Assembly: GCA_010093705.1 (NCBI GenBank)
Contig: MU006090.1
Coordinates: forward strand, 1,887,817 to 1,951,816
DNA from: Patellaria atrata CBS 101060
Taxonomy: Eukaryota
Direction of reading: 5' to 3'
DNA length: 64,000 bases
Shown piece by piece: positions 13,322 to 25,793 of this stretch. A program made the position numbers and the translations under genes. The notes below the pieces were generated by a model that was not told where the DNA came from, searched no databases, and saw nothing but the letters and a program-made list of their open reading frames with translations. Every line of letters begins with the position of its first letter. The first letter of the stretch is position 1.

Positions 13322-14965
13322 TTACTCTGTTTTTCGGCTCATCCTAGGGAGGCCGAGCCAGAGGACGAGGATGGCTCCCAGTAAAGCCAAAATGAACGGC
13401 TGCAAGACTTGGACACCTTTTGATTGAGCAATAGCACCGACTGCGAAGGGAAAGACTGCCGCGCCACCACCGCCAAAAGCTGCCGCAAAGCCAATAGCAC
13501 TAACGTGCAAATGACGGGGTAGCAGTTTGGTTACGGCAACTACGGCAGCAGGGAAGATCGGCCCAAGAAAGAACCCGACGAAGGCAACTGCGACTGCAGA
13601 TACGTAGAATTGCGGCACAAGCCAGAATAGGAGCTCTAACCCCATTGTGATTGGGAGATATATCTGGAAGAGATATTAGAGAACCTCAAAGAGAGAGATC
13701 TGATGTAAGGAGTCTACTTACCGCAATAGCTAACTTTTCTCCGATCTTCGGGGTGATGAAGCCTAAAATTACTCGTCCAACAGTTAATCCAAGCCAAAAG
13801 CCGGTCGATGTCATGCCACTAGCAAAGTCACCCCCATGGCGAACCCGCATCATGAAGACGACGATCCACCCACCCAGGGCGACTTCGATGCCCACATAAC
13901 CTAGAAGAAAGAGGGCACAGAGCCAGGCTGTACGAGCAGATGGCCAGGTGAACAGGGCTTCTTTCATCCTGCTTCCCTCTTTTGAACCTGGGGTCCTTGG
14001 ATTGTTTCTTCGAAACTCCGCGCCTGTAGCTGCCCAAAAAGCATATACGGAAGTCGAGAGCTCTATCAATGTAGCACCGATCTGTAGATGTATTCGTAAA
14101 TAGGTTCTGCCTGTTAGTGGGGCCTTGAAAACTTACCATGAGGTAATAGAACGCATACCACGGCCAACCAGCCTTGGTGATCAAGGTGGTTGCTATCAAA
14201 GGGCTCAATGTCGCTCCTGCCCCATACGAAGCATGCAGAAAGCCAAGTACCTCGTTAGCTCTGTCCATGTTACCCATCCACGCATTCCAAGCTGCGTCTG
14301 CAAGTCCATTGCCGAATCCTGCGAGCATAAAGATTACGACAAGGACGGGGTATGGTGGATGGACGCATATTACGATATATGAAATAAGATGGCATATCGG
14401 GGAGATAATAGCTACTCCTCGTTGGCCGAACCGGAGATGGATGGTGTTATTGAGAAGGGCAGAGAGTGTGTAACCAGCTAAAGGGGACAGAAAGACAAGC
14501 GAGATAATGATATACGTTAAGTCATAATATCTTTCCATCTGAACCCTTTTTAGTAGGGCCCAAACTAATGATAAAATCCTGGTTAACTTACATATGGAAT
14601 AAGAGCCTGTGAATGTATTAGTCACGTTTTTCATATTTCACTAAGTTCAAACATACCCCATATGCAGCATCATTAGCACCCATAAGTACAAAAGCCCAAA
14701 ATGCTGCAAACGACCGAGTTACGTTTATCCTGGGGTGATTCCATTGCTGCTTCTTTTCCATGGTGGCGGTTGTAGGTGAGGGTAGAGTCTCTACTGGATC
14801 TCCATCTCCGGTAGCAAAATTACTTAGACGATGTCCTAGATCTCGGATGCTCATAGGGGGTGACGGGTTTCCTTTCAATGCTGAGGGCTCTCTTGGGAGC
14901 TCGTTCATCTCTAGGACGAGCGTTGAAGAGTGGGAACTCCCATAATTCTGGGTTTGAAGACCCAT
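13322..14965 (-). CDS. MFS transporter (BSC6/FucP-like, 12 TM), multi-exon
   Basis: WNHPRINVTRSFAAFWAFVLMGANDAAYG, FGQRGVA, GFGNGLADAAWNAW, LGFLHASYGAGATLSP, YVGIEVALGGW, FWLGLTVGR, GFFLGPIFP. Confidence 0.87.
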
Positions 14966-16654
14966 AGTTGAAATAAGAATGTACGATGGAGATGTGACGA
15001 GCCTTCAAAGCAAGAAAGCAGTTATGGTCACGCGCAGAGTATTATGCAGAGCAGATTAACAGAAGCGTATAGAGGGGCAATGATATCATTAGTTAAATGC
15101 TATTCAAATATTGAAAAGACGAGAATGAAAGATGAGATGACAATGACCACGAATATATACAACTAGCCAAGACATAATAGCATCAAGAACCCTGGCTTGT
15201 CTTTATATCAGTGGAAAATGTTTACAGTCAAACAAAGCTGTAGATCATACAACAATGCAGTTGAGAACTGTAGTGTGGAGGCGGAGATGCTTGCTGTGGG
15301 GAATAGTTATGGTTGTGCCGAGGTTTAACCTCTGAATTAGGTCGTAGAAAACCCGAGATAGACGATCTGACCTATGAGAACAGCAGACCTGGAGGAATTT
15401 CGGGTAGGGACAGAGGAACGAGCGGCCCGCCTTTGCTTTTGGGAAATGTAACCGCGACTTTAACCAGGGGCATCAATCGTCCATCAACCTCACCGGTCAT
15501 GTGAGTTTTATGTACGGGGAGTGGCTATGCAAGTATGTTACATGAAATTGCGGAACAGCGTAATTTGTACGTGAGGACATCTGTCCAGAATGACGGTGAA
15601 GGTAGATGTATGGAAGATCAAGAGGTGGCCAATCGTGTGCTGGATTGAATAGTATCTGGTCAAAAGTTTTCTACTCCATAAAAGTATCCAGGGACCAAAT
15701 CTTTTTCAATCAGTAGACTCTGTATTGTAGAAGAAGGGCTTGGTTCAAAGTGTACAGCTGACCTGACGAGAGGTGAAGGTATAATACGACCCGAGGTTCA
15801 TAGGCGGAAAGCGCATGGTCTTAGCGTTGTATAGGTAAGAATGATACAGTTTGTATAGGTACAAACTCAGTCCGTACCCTTGGGTTCTGTTCTGTCTTAA
15901 GGGGAACCCGGACCATTGAATTGAGTTCTCTGTATAGTAGTACAGTACGACAAATCAAAGGTTGTGCGGGATCTAGACATAAACCTTGACGGATATTGAA
16001 ATTCTCGGACACAACACGTACGGGTATCACCAATACTGAATTGTACACAGTGATGCTGTTACGACAGATTTGGAATTCTATATCTGTACAGATATCGTTC
16101 TGCTCCATTTTTATTGCGAGAAGTACGTTGGGATAGGAGACCCAAGAATTCAGAAACGCAGAACTACTCCATACCGCCATGAGTACCAATTGAACACCTT
16201 CGAACGAGTACTGTGCATTGGCCGGGGCTTCACGTACAGCATTAGCTGACCGTGGGAGGGAGAACCAGGAGCTGGACCAGGTAAGGCACGAAGACGGACG
16301 ACACCCCGTACTTGGAATGATGGCAGGTTAGCCACTGTAATGCGAGAATACTATGTACGCAGATGTATAGTACGTTGCGGCAACAAAAAGCAACGTATAG
16401 TTACGAACCATGTGGTGACTACCTCGGCCGCGTGACGGTTATGAATGATTACCAGAGTTAGTAAGAGAGCGTAGCTTTGACCCGTGGTGATGCGATTTGA
16501 CGTTCCTAGAGTCCAGAAGTTAAAGCGAGAATCATGATTTGTATCATGTGTTTGATAGAAGCGAAATGCGGAGATCGGATAGTTACTTAAGATAATGAAT
16601 ATCTACCCTCGAGGCTCCTGTAGGCAAATGGAGTGTGCCAGTGATGCTTTTAGA

Positions 16655-17843
16655 TCAATACCAAATACTCCTCGTCCGGTGATGAGGCATCTGTTCTAAT
16701 CCCTCTTTCTCTATCTCCTTTATGGTATCATAAAGGAAATAATCGATGAGGATTGCGTTGACTTTGGCATCTGGGTGATTGTGGACAATTTCTCGTCTTA
16801 ATAACTCTACACACCAGATGCTACAACCACGGATTTGCATCTCCGCACTGCTGCCTGACTCAACGAGCTCTAAGCGCCGTATCTTGCCATCCAGCCAAGG
16901 GCTGTATGATATGCACCCCAATGTATGAAGCATTTGGGGTATACGATAGTCTATGCTAGTCAGTATGTGTTGCAGATATTTTACAAGATGGAAAGCTTAC
17001 CGGCAAACATGGTGATGGTATCAATATCATCAAATCGACCATAACCATCTCCGTCGAACGCTGCCCATAAATCCGCTACGAAAATCTGTGCTCGTTTCTG
17101 GAATCTCACACTGCGACCATCAAATCTTCCTTCGTCGCGGAAACATTCAAAGTTACTCGCCAGAAGGTTCACCACCTTTGCGGCCGAGTGATCAGCCTCG
17201 AAGATCAGACCGAATATACTTCCATCAAAGCACTAAGAATTTTAGTAACATCATCGTTGAAAAGGAAATCACCCACTTCGTCGAGAACCCGGCCAGCTTC
17301 TCGAAGGCAGGCTACCCTCTTATCAAAAAGGGGAATCTCCTCTTCAGTAGCCGACCGGAAAACATTACGGAGGACTTCCTCGGTGCATTCCTCTTCATTG
17401 ATCCAAAAAGAAGGATCCGTGATGGGTATATTTTCCTCCAAAGCTCTTTGCAAGCTTGCCGTTAGACTTGCATAACCTGTCCACTTCTTGCCCTCAAATT
17501 CGACGGCAAATCTTTCCTCTGTGCTCCTTTCAGACCAGAAAGAGAAGTTCAAAAGATCCAGTGTGAAGATGAAGTCTACAGTACTCTCATCCTTGGTTTT
17601 TGGATGATATGGATGGTCTGACCAATTTGTCGTGCTATAAGATTTGATCTTCATTTTATCGTATATTATAGCTGCAGCTGACTTTGTCCCTCGCATATCC
17701 AGTGCAACGTCGATGCTGTTGTTATAAATATACTCCGCATCTTTAAGTACCCTTGTATCAGGGGCTGCGTTTAGGTTCGTCCCTATTCCTAGAGACTTGC
17801 GAAGCAAATCAAGGAGTTCCAGGTCAGCTTCATCCTCCGACAT
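16655..17843 (-). CDS. QNG1: Queuosine salvage protein / queuosine-nucleotide N-glycosylase (DUF2419, QNG1/C9orf64 family), 3 exons
   Basis: FIFTLDLLNFSFW, FRDE...KRAQIFVADLW, TMFAD|YRIPQML, EMQIRGCSI, NAILIDYFL and the terminal HHRTRSIWY are hallmark DUF2419 motifs. Confidence 0.88.
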
Positions 17844-18351
17844 AGTTGAAATTGAAATGGTAAATCTGTGGATAGAAAGGGAGTTTCAGTTTTTAAATAT
17901 ATCACAAAAGCTACATTCTAAAGTGTATATTCAAGATATGACCCTGAGGGTTTAGAGGAAGACGAGCGTTTGCCAACGAGTCACGAGACCGCGATGAGCA
18001 AGTTTCGAATATTCTGAATGTAAGATTATCTGTCGTGCTAGCCGTAGCTGAATTCGCTGAACACTACCTTCTCCTTAATCTTCCATCAACAATTTTGAGA
18101 TCTTTGTTGTGAAGCTCACAGAGGAGGTCCAAAAAAGGTACGAAAGTGAAAACGCAGGGCCGAAAGCGCTGACTTCATTCATGTCGAGCCGCGACCAAAC
18201 CAGCAACTGAAAGTACGGCATTGCACGCCTTGCGCGATCTGTACTTCGCACTCCTCCACCACCCCGTAACGTCCTCTCATCTTCTCATCCATAACTCCTG
18301 AACCACCTCCATATGTTCCAATAGAGCTTCGCGTTCGGATTGAGAGCTATC

Positions 18352-20446
18352 ATGGGTCGTGAAAAGTATCCCAAGCAATCGCTTGGCGCGCTGTACAGCC
18401 GGATCAAACAGGTAAATAGTAAGCGCGGCTTTAGGAGATTGATAGGTGCTAATGATATCTTTAGTCGCGTATTCTGATGGTTGGAGCTGGTGGAATCGGT
18501 TGTGAGCTTCTTAAGAACCTCGTCTTGACAGGCTTCGGAGAGATCCACATCGTGGATCTTGACACTATCGACTTGAGCAATCTGAATCGTCAATTCCTAT
18601 TTCGACATGAACATATCAAGAAATCAAAGGCATTGGTACGTGGAACATATTTGAGGACGTGGTTTGCCTGGCTTGCTAATAGGCTGACATGACAATAGGT
18701 TGCGAAGGAGTCAGCTGGGAAATTCAATCCGCATGTTAAGCTCGAAGCGCATCACGCAAACATAAAAGACCCGCAGTTCAATGTAGACTGGTTCAAATCA
18801 TTCAATGTGGTATTCAACGCACTTGACAATCTCGAAGCACGCCGCCACGTGAACCGTATGTGCCTTGCGGCAAACGTTCCTCTGATTGAGAGTGGTACAA
18901 CGGGCTTCAACGGACAGGTCCAGGTTATTGAAAAAGTACGTCAAGCTATATATTCTTTCATGGGGGCCATTTAGGAGATATTAATTCACAATAGGGCAAA
19001 ACGGAGTGCTACGATTGCGTCGAGAAAACCGCCCCCAAATCTTTTCCCGTCTGTACAATCCGGAGCACACCTAGCCAACCGATACATTGCATCGTATGGG
19101 CCAAGTCATATCTATTTACAGAGATATTTGGTGTCGGAGAAGATGAGGCGCCCGAGCTTGACCACTCTGATGATGGAGACAATGCGGAGGAGATCGAAAA
19201 ACTACGCCAAGAATCACAAGCCCTGAAGAGAATTAGAGGGTCCATGGGTTCTGAGGACTTTCCTCGGCTAGTGTTTCAGAAGGTCTTCAAGGAAGATATA
19301 GACCGATTGCGAAGTATGGGCGAGATGTGGAAAACGAGAAGACCTCCGGAGCCATTAGACTTCGAGATGCTATCCCAGGATGCGCTAGGTGTTGGACAGA
19401 TGGTTGCACAGCAAGATCAGACCGTTTGGAGCGTCGCGGAGAATTTCGTCGTGTTTTGCGATAGTTTGAAGAGACTCAGCAACAGGCTTGAGGAGCAAAG
19501 GGCAAATGCGGACATGGGAAATGCTCCTGCAATTCTGACGTTCGACAAGGACGATGTGGATACGCTAGATTTCGTCGCTGCAGCAGCGAATCTGCGGTCT
19601 CATATCTATGGCATCGAGACGAGATCGAAGTTCGACATTAAGCAAATGGCTGGTAACATCATTCCAGCTATCGCAACAACCAACGCTATGACCGCTGGTC
19701 TCTGTGTCCTACAAGCATTCAAAGTACTCCGCAACGAACTCGGCAAAGCCCGCATGGTCTTCCTCACCAAATCCACCGAGCATATCATTACCGCGGAGAT
19801 GTTACGACCACCTCGGCCGAATTGTCCAATCTGCAGTGTCGCGCAAACGAAAGTTCAAGTTGACACATCAAGAGCGACACTCAACGATCTCGTGGACGAC
19901 CTCCTAAAGCTCGAGCTTGGATATGAAGGCGAGTTCAGCGTGAGCAGTGAAAATGGTATGCTATACGACCCAGAGTTCGATGACAATCTTAGCAAAAACT
20001 TCAAGGAACTGGGATTGCAGGGTGATAGCTTCATCACCGTCATCGACGAAGAGGATGAAAATCCGAGGGTCAATCTTGTACTTTCGATTTCTGAGCAGTA
20101 AGTCGTTTTCTTGGCTTCCCCCCCCCCAAGAAAGCCATTACCCCCAAATATACTTACAATATTTCACAGATCCATGCCCGAGGACTCCAAACCAATCCAG
20201 CTGTCAGAAAAAGTCGAGATCCCACACAAACCCAAGTCCACCCCCGCTTCTACAGTTATACCCAACGGTGCCCTCACAAACGGCACCAACGGCCACGCTC
20301 CCGTGAAGCGTAAAGCCGAGGAAGCAGACCTAGACGACGAACAACGCCACAAACGCGGCAAAGTAGCAGAGGAAGCAAAACCCAAAAAAGGCGCCGACAT
20401 CATCGTCATAGACGAGGCGGACGGAAGCATCCTCATCGACGATTAA
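18352..20446 (+). CDS. UBA2: SUMO-activating enzyme E1 catalytic subunit UBA2/SAE2, 5 exons
   Basis: [30 protein letters not shown], catalytic [34 protein letters not shown], Zn-binding CPIC, and a C-terminal NLS plus SIM-like IIVID...ILIDD. Confidence 0.95.
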
Positions 20447-20703
20447 CCCCCCTCTTCACTCTATACCCCTACATGCTGTATCCGAACAGCGTAAGTCATT
20501 CCCATTCCCCGATAATCTATCTCTCCTATTTCGTGTCCGCGAGGAGTGGTCACCCACTTTGCATATTGCAGCATCTAGCAGCAGTTTGGACACTTTTCGT
20601 TCGTCGCTATCTCAGCTAGAAAGCAAGCGGGGATTCCCCATAATTGGAGTTCCGGCGGTCTTTTTTTGCTTTATCGAAGACTATACCATATACCATCCCC
20701 CCC

Positions 20704-20803
20704 NNNNNNNNNNNNNNNNNNNNNNNNNNNNNNNNNNNNNNNNNNNNNNNNNNNNNNNNNNNNNNNNNNNNNNNNNNNNNNNNNNNNNNNNNNNNNNNNN
20801 NNN
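20704..20803. other. Assembly gap (100 N)
   Basis: Run of exactly 100 N, flanked by a C run on the left and GGGG on the right. Confidence 0.99.
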
Positions 20804-21430
20804 CGGGGTTATCTTGGACCCTCATCGTGGGCTTGAGAGCCCGAGTCCCCATCTCTCTCTCTTATGTTGTATACTACATTGCTTCGGTGGGAGTTTGGGT
20901 GGTGCACAGCATCAATCAGTACGATCGAGAGAGATATCTTGCGCGAAGGCTATTTGAGGGACATATGGAGGCGGCTTGCTTGCTAACACTGGGATAGGCT
21001 GGTTTGAGGGTTTGTATATTAGTAAGGCTTGAGAAGGGGGATTCGGCGTAGTGGAGATAGAAAAGGGGATTAGTTAGCTCGTGAGGGCTTTAGTAATGAT
21101 GGCTTGATTGTATTGGCTGTGCAGATATCCATGGGCCGTGGATGTGGTCCTTGATCACTACAGAGAATACGACCGAGTACATCGTGATTCACGAGAAGAA
21201 GGTTCGTGCATGCGAATCAAAATCATAGTGGAGACGTCCGATGAAAATTTGTAGAACTACCCTTTCGGGAATAGCAAAAGTCCCCTTGATGTTCTGTCAA
21301 AACGCTCCTAACAATAAAAACACATGCAAGATTCGTAAATTCGTTGCTTAACAAGTACCAAAAGCAGTCGCTTATACTTTGATACCAAAAACGCTATCTG
21401 AGCCGTATATCTTCCATCCACTTCATTTAT

Positions 21431-24076
21431 CTAATACGTATACCCGTCCCCCACCTCACCAACCGGCATCCCCTCGACACCCGTCCCAACCCTCTCAACA
21501 CCCAACCTCTCCACCCCATCCCGACCCCTAAGTCTCCTAAACCCATACCTGCCCCCCAATCGCTCAACCCTCCTCTTCAATTCCCCCGTGCTAACCCACT
21601 CGCCCCCCACAACCTCTCCCACCAACCCCCCGGCGCAGAGATAACTCCCCACGCCGCCCAGGGTATCCGGATTGCGTGGCAAAATGGGCAATCCCCGGCG
21701 CCAGACGATGAGCGCGACGAGCACGATCAGCATGAGCCCGAGGAGCGCGAAACTGATGTAGAAACAGAGCAGCATTTCTTTTTTGAATTGGCCGGTCGTG
21801 TAGGGCACGCCGACGAGGGCGAGGACGAAGAGTTCGGAGAGGAGGGCCAGGAGGGCGAGGAGGGCGGCGAAGGGGTAGTGGTGCCGGAGGAGGGGCAGGA
21901 TCGAGGTTATGGGGAGTGTGTGCCGGGTTGTTAGGAGGGTGTGGGAGGGATGGGACGGCGTGGGGCGGGAGAGGCGGAGGAAGGGGGCGAGGGTGTGAGT
22001 GTCTGGGATGGCATTAGTGTTTGTGTTTGGCGCTCTTAGGGGGGGTCTATACCTCTTTCCAACCTCTTCCATTGGCCTGCGATGATGCTACCTAGCGTCG
22101 TCATGATAAACTTGGGGCCGAAGCCGTTGCTGTTGAAGAAGTTGTTAAACGAGGACTTGCTTCCGTCCTTGAAGTACGCGATTAGCAGGGCCAGCACACC
22201 GATCAGTAGGAACCCGAAGAGGACGTCTTCGATTATGCTCGCGCGCTTCGTGTGGTCCCATTTCTGGCTGTCTTCGAAGTTGTGCGGGTTGTTGTCGAAC
22301 TCGGGTACACCGCGGTAGCTAGCGTCATGGGGCTCAGCGGGTATGATACCGTAGCGGATCACGCCGTCCGCGGCCTGGTATTCGCCGAGCCGGTAGTTCT
22401 TGTTGCGGAGGTGCTCGCGCATCTTGCTGCTAGGAGAGTAAGGGTCCATGGAGCAAAAATCGTCCATGACTTCGGGGTGGTGGAAGAGGGTTGCGACGGA
22501 TGCGATGGACGAGGGGTCGGAGTATACACCCGTGTTGCGTCGGCATAGCAGGACCATCACACCGATAGTCATGATGGCGGTAAAGATGAGGAAGGCTTCT
22601 AGGATACGAGCGACGATGGGGTCGACCGTCAACCGCGGAGGCCAGCATGGATTCTTCGAGCCGGGTTTTCTGATGGGACAATTTTCATAATCGGTGTCGA
22701 AGTAGAAAGTTTCCGAAGCTATAGATGGTATGAAAGATACCAGGAAGAAAGTAAATGAGCTCATCAGTATGACCCAGTGTCCTTTCCAGAAACCTTGAAC
22801 TGGCTCCCACGCAAGATTAGTTGAGAGATAGTATGCGCACAGGGTGTCCTTTGCTGTAGCACCACCCGGCCTAGCCAGTTGGGAGAACGGTTCGATGAGC
22901 TTGGTCGTCGCAAAGACTGCATTCCAAATATCTCGGTAGAAAATGGCTACTAAGACAGGCAAATACGCTCCTAGGAAAGTAGTCTTGAAATTCCAGACAA
23001 GTACCCTACGCGTATTGCTAGCACCAGTTCCGTCTGTTGCTGTCGAGGCATCGGCGGTGGCTGTCCGAGTCGCAACTAAGATTGGAATAGTACTACCAAG
23101 TGAGTTCGTGGTATACTGGATATCTGCTATGAGGGAAGATATGGGCACAACCCTTCCTGCAGAATTGGTGCTAAACATGAACTCATTTCCTGAGGAGGCA
23201 ACAGGAATGACGTTTCCTTGAGTATCAGTAGTTAATACTACCTCTAATGAAGTAGTGAATGTCGTAGGAACAGGTGTGTCCACGGGGAGCACCTGTGTCT
23301 CAGAAGGGAAATAGCTCGAAGGTGCATACCCTGGAGGAGTCGAGCTAGGTGGGAACGTAGGAGTAGGATTCGAGCCTGGTGACGGATCAGCACCAGGCGA
23401 AAGGTCAGTACCAGGGGAAGGATCAGCACTTGGGGAAGGGTCGGCATCGGGTGCTGGTGATGGATCCGGCGTAGGGTCTGGTGTTGGATTTCCAACAGTG
23501 GGCGTAGGTAGAACTGGGTCAATTACAACCGTTACGTCCACAAAATCCGTTTCGGTTGGCAAGAGAGTCTGGGTTACGGTTTCATCAACAAGATCTGTCC
23601 ACTGCGGTGTGGATGCGATAAAGGTTGTGTCGTCGGTTACTGAAGGTGTCTCCTCAATCGGAGCTGGAGTTGGAGACGGAGAGGGAATCAAAGGGTCTGT
23701 GACCTCCTGGCGTTGAATAATCTGTCTAACGACATCACTGTCTCCGGCATTCAGTCCAAGGACGTTACTACGCTTGTCTAGCACCTCTGCAGTTCTGTCT
23801 ACGACATCCGCTCCACCAATGCGTGCTTTCCTGGGTAAAGTTCGCGCTTCATATTCCACAACAGCGAGGAGTGCGAGGGTAATGAGAGTGATCAAAATCA
23901 GGGACGGGACACGAAGAATCCATGGACGGTAACAATTTCGTCTTGACGGTGGAGAATTGTCTATTACCCTGTGTGTTAGTCTTTGATAACTCTCCAAAGT
24001 CCCTCTGAAGCAACGAAAGGGTTCACTTGCGTGTATCAGCAACAGCGTATACTGTTTGGTCGGCTTCCTTCGCCAT
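21431..24076 (-). CDS. DUF3433-type multi-pass membrane protein with a Pro/Ser/Thr-rich insert
   Basis: RPWILR-TM N-terminus, two internal repeats of the PF..L.RP..A..TL...Y motif (EPFSQLARPGGATAKDTLCAYY; APFLRLSRP...HTLL), DPSSIAS and PRNPDTLGG. An intron near 22051..22004 joins the two ORFs. The start exon (ATG 24076) is uncertain. Confidence 0.75.
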
Positions 24077-25424
24077 TTGGTCTAATTTGAATTGAAAAAA
24101 TCTTTCAAATCTGCATCTGAATCGAAAGATAAACAACAACTGGAAGGATGCACCGAAAGATCACACAGTCACTCTACTGTAGGCAGAAACAACGGTCAAA
24201 GAAATCACAAGCAGCAACATGATCGAATTATAGTTTTAATACCAAGGCCATGGCTGAGCTGTCAATCCAGCACCAATATTTTCCAAGTCTTCATGTTTAT
24301 GGCGCTAAAAGGCTCTACATCGAAATTCCGTTGTCCAGCACCATCTGGATCGCTGGGTAAAGAGGCTTATGGAGGCTTTTCAAGTTAGTCGAGGCGTAAG
24401 TTGGCATAACGCTCTCCCGCTTTTGATGATCGCCACTGGACCCAAACCCAAGCTCTTCTTCCTGGACATGTATTTCGGGTGTTGGAACCGTTGATTGGGT
24501 CTCCTATTCTTCCCTTTCAGCCTTCCCAAGATAGTGGCTGATATAGCCAAGAGCACGAGAACCGGATGTTTACAGAGTCCGGAAAAGCACTAATAAATGT
24601 TTGCTTTTCAGCTCTATCTATGAGACGGTCGAAAAGTTTAGATAGACATGAATGAAGAGGATTACCGGTTTCGAAATGCTTCCTAGATGCTTTACGTTCG
24701 CCTTGATCGATGATATCGGATTCTGATGCGAAGCTGAGGTCCGTTTTAGGTGAGACGGAGGGCATAAGCAACTTTTGATGGAGAGTTTAAGGTTTGGGAT
24801 AAGCGTAGCGATCAACAGCGGATCCAGCCTTTGCAGACTCGCTTGCTGGGGCCACTAATAGATGCGCCGAGATCTTAGTCCATTCAGCTCATCTCTAGCT
24901 AAACACGTGAAAGGGTAATATTACTCCGACTATATCAGGACTATTATTAAATTTCAAACGGAAAGTCACGATGCAAGAGAGAGAATTTCAGTTCAACGAG
25001 TGGTCTCTAGAGGTATAGTATTTTGCGTTAAAGGAGTGTCTTAGTAAATCGTAAGTATTATCTTGACTTTGCCCAGAAAGTTTGTACATCATATAGCCAT
25101 TAAAATTCCGTAATAAAAGGTCCCTTCAGCAAAAAGAAAATGTAGTCTTCCAGCCCATTACGCCTGGAAGATTTTCCTCTTCTCCGTCAAACTCCGTTAT
25201 CCACTTCAACCACCACAGCCGATCCGCGCGGTCTGATCCCGAAAAATAACAGCAACCGATCAAAATTAGCAGTGCGACCCCAAGTCATCGGCCCGCTCCT
25301 CGAAGAAGTTCCAACCAGAGCTCCGTGAATAGAAACTACTTCCTTTTCGACGAAGAGAAATTCGCTTGGAACTACGGGCGGACCAAATCTTGAAAGTTGG
25401 CCCAGGTGATGGGATCACTCGCGT

Positions 25425-25793
25425 CTAGATGCGTCCGTCGAGAACCTCAAAGATCCCACCCACCGCTCCGTCGAAGTGAACATCTGGTCTGGGTTCGAAC
25501 ATGTTCAACTCTTGAGCAAAGCTTCGTCGCTCTTCCTGCATCTCCAGATCAAGCATGCTTGGCTTACGACGGAGGGCTAACGCCGCTGCGAGGGAGGAAG
25601 CATTCGATGTAGTGCTTGACGTTGATAGAGCTGATGACGGTGTGACGGTCAACGGTGAGGTGGAAGAGATGGTAGATGATGAGGAAGATGTTGAACGAGA
25701 GCGAGAGGACTGGCGGACTGGAGAGAAGGCCGTCTTGAGTCGACGAAGGGAAGGGGTTCCACGGAAGGAAGAGCTAAAACGGGAGTTACGCAT
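25425..25793 (-). CDS. Small Ser-rich hypothetical protein (122 aa)
   Basis: Single clean ORF with a good ATG context (CAACATG), a disordered Ser-rich N-terminus and an ordered C-terminus RRKPSMLDLEMQEER...EPRP...GGIFEVLDGR. Confidence 0.65.
   Translation of the reverse strand: MRNSRFSSSFRGTPSLRRLKTAFSPVRQSSRSRSTSSSSSTISSTSPLTVTPSSALSTSSTTSNASSLAAALALRRKPSMLDLEMQEERRSFAQELNMFEPRPDVHFDGAVGGIFEVLDGRI

Noticed and set aside
15000..16640. Possible ncRNA or transposon remnant in long intergenic spacers (also 34400-35900, 45100-46900 and 57900-59300)
   Set aside because: No recognisable tRNA, 5S, snRNA, riboswitch, terminal repeat or transposase motif by eye; an Rfam/Infernal and repeat-library scan would be needed to exclude one.
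13322..17843. MFS transporter as a queuosine importer clustered with QNG1
   Set aside because: Adjacency only, 1.7 kb apart. The MFS belongs to a widespread BSC6-like family and nothing in the sequence links it to queuosine.
20559..20997. ORFs spanning the N run
   Set aside because: Artefacts of translating through the assembly gap.
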